Positions 57,673-64,000 of a DNA stretch of 64,000 nucleotides are shown piece by piece. The stretch comes from Candidatus Ozemobacteraceae bacterium (GTDB lineage: Bacteria > Muiribacteriota > Ozemobacteria > Ozemobacterales > Ozemobacteraceae): the NCBI GenBank assembly GCA_965140445.1, contig OZ223236.1, positions 1,632,001-1,696,000 of the forward strand, in the 5' to 3' direction. Made by a program: the position numbers and the translations under genes. How positions within the stretch are numbered: position 1 is the stretch's first letter; every line of letters begins with the position of its first letter. The notes under the pieces are model-generated. The model was given only the letters and a program-made list of their open reading frames with translations, was not told where the DNA came from and made no database searches.

Positions 57673-58524
57673 ATGTTTGATTCTGGCGAAAACGATTTTT
57701 TAAAAAGGCTTTATAGGCATCAATGGTCTTTAAATAAAGGTGAAAACTCCAGCAAGGAAACTCCTGAATTCTGGGATTCTAGAGCCGAAGACTTTGCTGC
57801 CAAAGCCCACTCTCAAGAATCTAGAGATGAAGTGTTGAAGTTACTTAAGTCATTTTCATGGAGAAAAGATGAGACCGTTTTAGATGTGGGCGCTGGCCCG
57901 GGAACCTATGCTGTGCCATTGGCAAAAATGGTTGCCAGTGTAACTTCTACAGACGTTTCTGAGGCAATGCTTGCTCAACTAAAACTTCAGGCGCAAAAAG
58001 AGGGTGTAAACAATATAAAAACAAGGGTTGGGAGATGGTTAAGTCTGGATAATTTAAAACCTCATGACACCGTAATGTGTTTCAATAGCCTGGGAGTTAT
58101 TTCAGCCGATGATTCGCATGAGTGCCATCTGGATACTGCTTTATTAAAATTGCGGGATTTAACAAAAAAACGTCTGCTTATATTGATTCCACATGCAGAT
58201 TCTCCTGCTGATCAGCTGATGAAAGATGCTGTGGGAATAACTAATGCCCCTCTTGAGAGAAAGCGCATCGCAGCTTTGTATTATGGGATGATTGATTGCG
58301 GAATGTTGCCTGGTTTACAGATATTGAGTAGACCCTTTCACTGGACCTTTAAAGACCTGAATGAAGCCGTTGATACCCTTTCATTTAAACTTGGTTTAGA
58401 AGAATCAAAAAAAGAGCTTTTGGCTGTTCACCTTGAAAAACGTCTTGTTTCAAATGGAAAGAATCTTTCATTATCGTATAAATGTGCGCAAGCTTTGTTT
58501 GTATGGGATAAGGATCTTCAATAA
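57673..58524 (+). CDS. Class I SAM-dependent methyltransferase
   Basis: FWDSRA, VLDVGAGPG, DVSEAML. Confidence 0.88.
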   Translation: MFDSGENDFLKRLYRHQWSLNKGENSSKETPEFWDSRAEDFAAKAHSQESRDEVLKLLKSFSWRKDETVLDVGAGPGTYAVPLAKMVASVTSTDVSEAMLAQLKLQAQKEGVNNIKTRVGRWLSLDNLKPHDTVMCFNSLGVISADDSHECHLDTALLKLRDLTKKRLLILIPHADSPADQLMKDAVGITNAPLERKRIAALYYGMIDCGMLPGLQILSRPFHWTFKDLNEAVDTLSFKLGLEESKKELLAVHLEKRLVSNGKNLSLSYKCAQALFVWDKDLQ

Positions 58525-58550
58525 TCAAGGTTCATAAATGTTTTAAAATA

Positions 58551-58589
58551 AAAAATCCGCCTAAGACATGGTCCAGGCGGAATTTTTTT
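58551..58589. terminator. Bidirectional terminator
   Basis: aaaaatccgcct...aggcggaattttttt. Confidence 0.75.
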
Positions 58590-58608
58590 ATTTCAGTTTT
58601 TCGAAGAG

Positions 58609-60636
58609 TTAGCTGAAAATCTTTTTCACAGCTTCCTTTATTTTAGATTCTTCAGGGACGAACGGCAGAGTTACGTGATTTCCTTTTCCCGCCTTATTGA
58701 ATTCTGCAGTTACTTCAATTGCATTTTCACAACGCCCCCATGCTCTTCTTGATACACCACACATAACGTCCCAGGTCATTGAAAGATTAATGATGGTATC
58801 AACTCTCTCGCTTCCATCCAAAACCAGACCAAAACCACCATTTACTGATTTACTTATTCCAACACCGCCGCCATTGTGAAGAGATATCAAACTCATTCCG
58901 CGCGCGGCATTGCCAGCATAGCAATGGGTTGCCATTTCTGACATAATATTGCTGCCGTCTTTAATATTTGATGTTTCACGGTAAGGTGAGTCTGTTCCAC
59001 CAGTGTCATGATGATCTCTACCTAGCATTACTGGACCGATTTCACCATTTCTAACCATCTCATTAAATTTAAGCGCAATTTTGACTCTGCCTTCAGTGTC
59101 CTGATACAGGATTCTGGCTTGAGTTCCTACCACAAGAGCATTTTTCTCCGCATCTCTAATCCAGACATAATTATCTCTATCCTGAGATCTTCGGTTAGGA
59201 TCAATGCAATCCATTGCAGCTTTATCTGTCTTTACAAGGTCATCATGATTTCCGCTTAAGCAGACCCATCTGAAAGGCCCATAGCCATAATCAAATAGCA
59301 TTGGTCCCATAATATCTTCAACATAGGAAGGAAAAATAAAGCCGTCGCGTGGATTCTCTCCGTTGGCACAGATCTCTTTAACGCCTGCGTCGAACACCGC
59401 TCTCATAAAGGCATTTCCATAGTCAAAGAAGTAGGTTCCTTTATCAGCAAGCTTCTTGATAGCTTCAAAGTGAGCTTTTAAGGTTTTATCTACCAGACTT
59501 CTGAATTTATCAGGTTCAGCGGCAAGCATTTCTGTTCTTTCTTCAAATGTTATGCCTTGCGGACAGTATCCACCATCGTAAACGGCATGACATGAGGTTT
59601 GATCTGAGAGCAGCTCTATGTGTACATTGTTTTCGACGGCATATTCAAGCAGGTCAACGATATTCCCGTGAAATGCTATAGAAGTGGATTCTTTTTTATC
59701 CATAAATTCCTTAGCTACTCGGAAGGCCTGCTCGGGGGTCTCTGCAATTTGAGCCACCCAGCCTTGTTCATGCCTTGTATCAATTCTTGAACGATCAACT
59801 TCTGCTACAATTCCAACGCCATTCGCAATTTCTACTGCTTTTGGCTGAGCACCGCTCATACCGCCTAAGCCACTGGAGACAAAAAGATGGCCGCGAAGAT
59901 CTTCCTGACTACCAATTCCAAGTTTCATTCTTCCGGCATTTAGTATGGTGTTAAAAGTGCCATGAACTATTCCCTGCGGGCCGATATACATCCACCCACC
60001 AGCAGTCATTTGTCCGTAGTTTGTTACGCCAAGCTGCATTGCTCTGTGCCACTCTTCTTGACTATCAAACATGCCAATCATTAGCCCATGACTCATTATA
60101 ACTCTTGGAGCAGACGGATGAGATTTAAACAACCCCATTGGATGGCCTGACATTACTACAAGCGTTTGATCTTGAGTAAGTTGCTCAAGGTATTTTTTTA
60201 TGAGGCAATATTGCATCCAGTTTTGGCATACCTGGCCAGTTTCACCATAAGTAACAAGTTCATAAGGATAAAGAGCAATCGCAAAATCCAGATTGTTGTC
60301 AATCATTACCTGGAAAGCTTTGCCTTCGATGCAGTTCCCTTTATATTGCTCTATGGGCTTCCCATAAAGGTGTCCCTCTGGTCTAAATCTGTAGCCATAA
60401 ATTCTTCCGTAGGTTTTTAACTCTTCTAAAAACTCCGGAATCATTGCGTCATGCAATTCTTCGGGAAGGTATCTAAGGGCATTTTTCAGCGCTAATTCTG
60501 TTTCACCCTGGTTAAGAGTAAATCCCCTGTTTGGGGCTCGTCGATATTTAGGATCGAAAGCTGGATATTCTGGTAAAACCGGATCTAGCTTAATTGTCAT
60601 TGCTTCGCCAATTGCTTTGTTGCTTAGCATGTACAA
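58609..60636 (-). CDS. hutU: Urocanate hydratase (long type)
   Basis: YGQMTAGGWMYIGPQGIVHGT, GLGGMSGAQ, SDQTSCH, FDYGN, GPFRW, GRDHHD. Confidence 0.96.
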   Translation of the reverse strand: MYMLSNKAIGEAMTIKLDPVLPEYPAFDPKYRRAPNRGFTLNQGETELALKNALRYLPEELHDAMIPEFLEELKTYGRIYGYRFRPEGHLYGKPIEQYKGNCIEGKAFQVMIDNNLDFAIALYPYELVTYGETGQVCQNWMQYCLIKKYLEQLTQDQTLVVMSGHPMGLFKSHPSAPRVIMSHGLMIGMFDSQEEWHRAMQLGVTNYGQMTAGGWMYIGPQGIVHGTFNTILNAGRMKLGIGSQEDLRGHLFVSSGLGGMSGAQPKAVEIANGVGIVAEVDRSRIDTRHEQGWVAQIAETPEQAFRVAKEFMDKKESTSIAFHGNIVDLLEYAVENNVHIELLSDQTSCHAVYDGGYCPQGITFEERTEMLAAEPDKFRSLVDKTLKAHFEAIKKLADKGTYFFDYGNAFMRAVFDAGVKEICANGENPRDGFIFPSYVEDIMGPMLFDYGYGPFRWVCLSGNHDDLVKTDKAAMDCIDPNRRSQDRDNYVWIRDAEKNALVVGTQARILYQDTEGRVKIALKFNEMVRNGEIGPVMLGRDHHDTGGTDSPYRETSNIKDGSNIMSEMATHCYAGNAARGMSLISLHNGGGVGISKSVNGGFGLVLDGSERVDTIINLSMTWDVMCGVSRRAWGRCENAIEVTAEFNKAGKGNHVTLPFVPEESKIKEAVKKIFS

Positions 60637-60853
60637 CCTCCATTCCTTGATTAATAGCGTAATTCTTATTGCAAAATTATATTACTTTTACTCATTATAT
60701 TAAACATTTATATTGAAAAAAAGACTCATACGAGATCAGTTAGAGCTTTCACAGCTTCTTTGATGGGTTAAATGCTTTTTATACCTTAAATAAAATTTCA
60801 GGCTAATCCTATTTCATGTTAAACTTTTCTCAGAATAAGATAGAGCGAGAGTT

Positions 60854-62944
60854 ATGAGTCGTAAAACATTTAGAACATACCATCTGCAGTTAGTGGTTTT
60901 TGTGTCATTTCTGGCATTGTTTTCTTCCATTGTTATTGGAATCGTTCTTTACGACTATAGAAGCAATACTGAAATTGTTTTAAAGACTTCAGATGAACTT
61001 TTATACCAGATCTCAGAAACGGTTATTCGGCAAACCATAAACCACCTTGAACCTGCCAAAAAAACTGGAATTATGTTGCGCCGCATGATGGAGCGAGGAG
61101 GGGTTCTTGCTAGAAATCCTGACATGGTTGAAGCTTTAACTCAGGAAGCACTTGAGATTTATCCACAATTCTCAGCTGTTTACATGGGTGACGAAAATGG
61201 AAACTTTGTCATGTCCCGTCGCTCTGACAATGGTGCTCTATCAACCAAGATTGTTTCGAGAAGTACTTACCCAAAAGGTATCTTAGAATTTGAGCGCAAC
61301 CTTTATGGAGAGGTTATTGCAACTAAGACCTCAGCTATTCTTGATTACGACCCACGCGATCGCCCATGGTATCAGTTGGCGAAGAAAGAGGGTGGGAGCG
61401 TTTGGAGTAGGGAATATCGATTGTTTACAGACCAGGTGCCTGGAATTACCTGTGCTCACCCGGTATATGATTTTGAAAATAAGCTTATCGGTGTAGTAGG
61501 GGTTGATTTTAGGCTTGGCGAATTATCTGAATTCCTGAAGAGCTTAAAAATTGGCGAATCCGGGGTTGCATTTATTGTGGATGCCCAAATGAATTTACTG
61601 GCTTATCCAGAGAGCGCGAATCTATTTTCTGAGGGAATGAAAGCACCAAGATCCCCCTCCGCGCAAAGTTTTAAATCTGGATGGGTTCAGGCCGCTCTAG
61701 ATGAATATAGCAGAAAGAGAGAGACAAGATTTACTTTTAATCACAGTTCAGAAAACTATATTGCAGCATTTAGATCTTTTCCTGAGCGATTTGGTAGAGA
61801 CTGGCTTCTTGGGATAATTGTTCCTGAAGATGATTTCATCGGCCCCATGGTTAGAACCCATGAAACGACTCTATTGTTTTCTTTCTGGTTACTTATTATT
61901 GGTGGCTTTTTAACTTCAGCTCTCGCTAAAGAGCTGGCAGAACCGATTAAAAAGCTCACCTTAGAAACTGAAAAGATCAGAAATCTTGAATTTGATGAAA
62001 GCATTGGTTTAAGGTCTCCGATAACTGAGATTCAATTGATGGCAAATGCTATGGATTCCATGAAAAAGGCTTTGAGCGCGTTTAAGAAATATGTTCCTTC
62101 TGAAATTGTTTTCAGGGTATTTAAAAGTGAAGATGAAACAGGTTTAAAACCACAATATGAAGAGATTACTCTTATGTTTACGGATATTGACAACTTTACA
62201 TCAATTGCAGAGTCAGTCAGTCCAGAGGAACTTACAGAGCAGCTTGCTACTTACTTTGACACTATTGGAGCAATTATCCATCGCTACGAAGGTACAATTG
62301 ACAAGTATATTGGTGATTCAGTAATGGCATTTTGGGGCGCACCTGTTCCTGATCCAGATCAGATAAGGCATGCATGTCGAGCAGCGATCGAAATTATTTG
62401 CGCCATTGATAAGCTGAATGCAAGGTGGAAAGAGGAAGGGAAACTTCCATTTCCAACAAGAATTGGAATTAATACCGGGCATTCACTTATAGGAAACTTT
62501 GGCTCGTCAGACAGAATTAACTACACTGCTGTTGGTGATAACGTGAATCTTGCCAGCAGGCTTGAAAGCTTAAATAAGCAATATGGAACCAGAATTATTT
62601 TCAGTGAAGGAGCATACTCTGAGGGACTGAAAGAAGAATTTTTATTCAGGTCGCTGGATGTGGTTACCGTTAAAGGTAGGGAAAAGAGCTCTAAGATTTA
62701 TCACCTCATTGGTAAAAACGAAGATCAAGGAGCCACGGCAACTAAAAACTGGGTTAAGCAGTTTAATTCAGCTTTTGAAGATTACATCGCTGGCAATTGG
62801 AGCGAAGCAAAACAAGCATTTATAGCTATTTCTGAAGAACACCCAGAAGATGTTGCAGCAAAAATATATATTGAACGGATTAATGGTATTGAAAAAAATC
62901 CGCCTGAAAAATGGGATGGGGTTTTTAAATTTAATCAGAAATAG
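60854..62944 (+). CDS. Cache-HAMP class III adenylate cyclase
   Basis: TM-Cache (YDPRDRPWY)-TM-HAMP, MFTDIDNFT, DKYIGDS, NYTAVGDNVNLASRLE. Confidence 0.93.
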   Translation: MSRKTFRTYHLQLVVFVSFLALFSSIVIGIVLYDYRSNTEIVLKTSDELLYQISETVIRQTINHLEPAKKTGIMLRRMMERGGVLARNPDMVEALTQEALEIYPQFSAVYMGDENGNFVMSRRSDNGALSTKIVSRSTYPKGILEFERNLYGEVIATKTSAILDYDPRDRPWYQLAKKEGGSVWSREYRLFTDQVPGITCAHPVYDFENKLIGVVGVDFRLGELSEFLKSLKIGESGVAFIVDAQMNLLAYPESANLFSEGMKAPRSPSAQSFKSGWVQAALDEYSRKRETRFTFNHSSENYIAAFRSFPERFGRDWLLGIIVPEDDFIGPMVRTHETTLLFSFWLLIIGGFLTSALAKELAEPIKKLTLETEKIRNLEFDESIGLRSPITEIQLMANAMDSMKKALSAFKKYVPSEIVFRVFKSEDETGLKPQYEEITLMFTDIDNFTSIAESVSPEELTEQLATYFDTIGAIIHRYEGTIDKYIGDSVMAFWGAPVPDPDQIRHACRAAIEIICAIDKLNARWKEEGKLPFPTRIGINTGHSLIGNFGSSDRINYTAVGDNVNLASRLESLNKQYGTRIIFSEGAYSEGLKEEFLFRSLDVVTVKGREKSSKIYHLIGKNEDQGATATKNWVKQFNSAFEDYIAGNWSEAKQAFIAISEEHPEDVAAKIYIERINGIEKNPPEKWDGVFKFNQK

Positions 62945-62966
62945 TTTGATTTACATGTTTTTCTTT

Positions 62967-63329
62967 CTATTCCTGCGGGATTTTTCTAACTTCCGCGGCA
63001 AGAATTTCAATGTCCTGATGCGCTTTTAGCAAATCGAACAATTCTGTTTTTTCACAGGTTAGAGAATAGCTATCCTGACTAAGGTGTCTCATAATTTTCC
63101 AATTCGATTCAAGTTTTAAATTGCTAATTAAACCCAATAAAGATTGAACTCTTTCTTTGCTCTTACATCTGAATACAACAAAAGGTACGTGATAACCGTT
63201 CCCTTTATTATTTCCGATTCCTTTTTCATGCCCCTCGCAACTGCCAATAGTTTCTATTCCCTTTTCATTTAAAGAATTTACAAGTATCTCAATTTTTTTA
63301 TCTACTTCCATATATTCTCCCAATTCCAA
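62967..63329 (-). CDS. Hypothetical protein with an LNxxGxxTxxSCxGH motif
   Basis: LNEKGIETIGSCEGH. Confidence 0.6.
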   Translation of the reverse strand: MELGEYMEVDKKIEILVNSLNEKGIETIGSCEGHEKGIGNNKGNGYHVPFVVFRCKSKERVQSLLGLISNLKLESNWKIMRHLSQDSYSLTCEKTELFDLLKAHQDIEILAAEVRKIPQE

Positions 63330-63335
63330 CTCTTC

Positions 63336-64000
63336 TCACATTATAATCTCGAAATAGTCCGAAGGCGATACATCATTTATTTTTAGAGCCTGTATTTTTA
63401 AATTTTTTTCAAATTTCATTACATTTCTGGATGTTTCTGAATCCATAACTAACGGAAAATACTCTGCCTTCTTACTTAGTGCTTCCAGCTCTGAGGCCAG
63501 ATTGACGCTGCTACCAATTACGGTTGCATCAAGCTTTCCGCTTTCAGAGCCAACTCTACCCGAAATAACTCTATCAGTGGTGATTCCAAATCCACTGTTA
63601 ATAGTGAAAAGCCCTTCTGAACTCCTTTGTTCATTTAACTTTTCCAGCTTCTGATGCATCATTTTTGCGGCTTTGAAGGCATTGTGAGAAATGTTTTCTC
63701 CATTTTTTTCATAGAAAACAGCTTGAATTGCGTCACCAATCAATTTATCTATGAAACCGCCATTACTAACAATAGCTTCTTCCATAACTTCAAAATATTG
63801 ATTTAGCATTTCAACAATTGATTCTGGAGAGTATTTTTCCGTTATTGTCGTAAATCCGCGGATGTCGGAAAATAAGATCGAAGCTTTTTTCCAATCTCCG
63901 CCTGGCTGAAGCTTTATTCCACTTTCACTTGAAATTGCATCCATAACGTTTTTTGAAACCAATTGAGAAATTTTTTCTTTTTCCTGCAAACTTCGATTTA
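63336..64000 (-). CDS. Class III cyclase domain protein (partial, N-terminus outside window)
   Basis: LFSDIRGFT, DKLIGDA, DATVIGSSVNLASELE; frame is open to the window end. Confidence 0.85.
   Translation of the reverse strand, partial: NRSLQEKEKISQLVSKNVMDAISSESGIKLQPGGDWKKASILFSDIRGFTTITEKYSPESIVEMLNQYFEVMEEAIVSNGGFIDKLIGDAIQAVFYEKNGENISHNAFKAAKMMHQKLEKLNEQRSSEGLFTINSGFGITTDRVISGRVGSESGKLDATVIGSSVNLASELEALSKKAEYFPLVMDSETSRNVMKFEKNLKIQALKINDVSPSDYFEIIM

Overview
AT-rich bacterial chromosomal window with no rRNA, tRNA or CRISPR recognised. The many class III cyclases, pilin-like triplet and HEAT proteins resemble Candidatus Riflebacteria, but that is an unverified impression. (1) 1-8 kb is a minus-strand polymorphic toxin array. 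It has three short Rhs-core/toxin/immunity modules with a shared repeated promoter-leader, one carrying a colicin M-like lipid II-degrading tip, plus a collapsed HigBA-type toxin-antitoxin locus. (2) 8-17 kb holds tatC, a GT-B protein, sbcDC, a degenerate P-loop protein and MscS. (3) 17.2-27.0 kb is a tightly coupled 8-gene operon: soluble AAA+/M41 (FtsH-like) protease, a 1011-aa protein with an internal A11 tract, MoxR/RavA ATPase, degenerate vWA-like partner, NrdG-like radical SAM and three unknown proteins. It fits the computationally predicted FtsH-containing MoxR-vWA ternary conflict systems and is the best candidate for an uncharacterised system. (4) 27-64 kb holds a secreted NiSOD, a secreted metallopeptidase, an amidohydrolase-CYTH fusion, five class III nucleotide cyclases, a convergent ECF sigma/FecR anti-sigma pair, minor pilins, a DHH phosphoesterase, MFS, sfsA, an iron-sulfur flavoprotein and hutU. 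Two of the cyclases are adjacent with complementary catalytic defects, suggesting a C1/C2-like heterodimer. All family calls come from motif recognition by eye; no searches were run.
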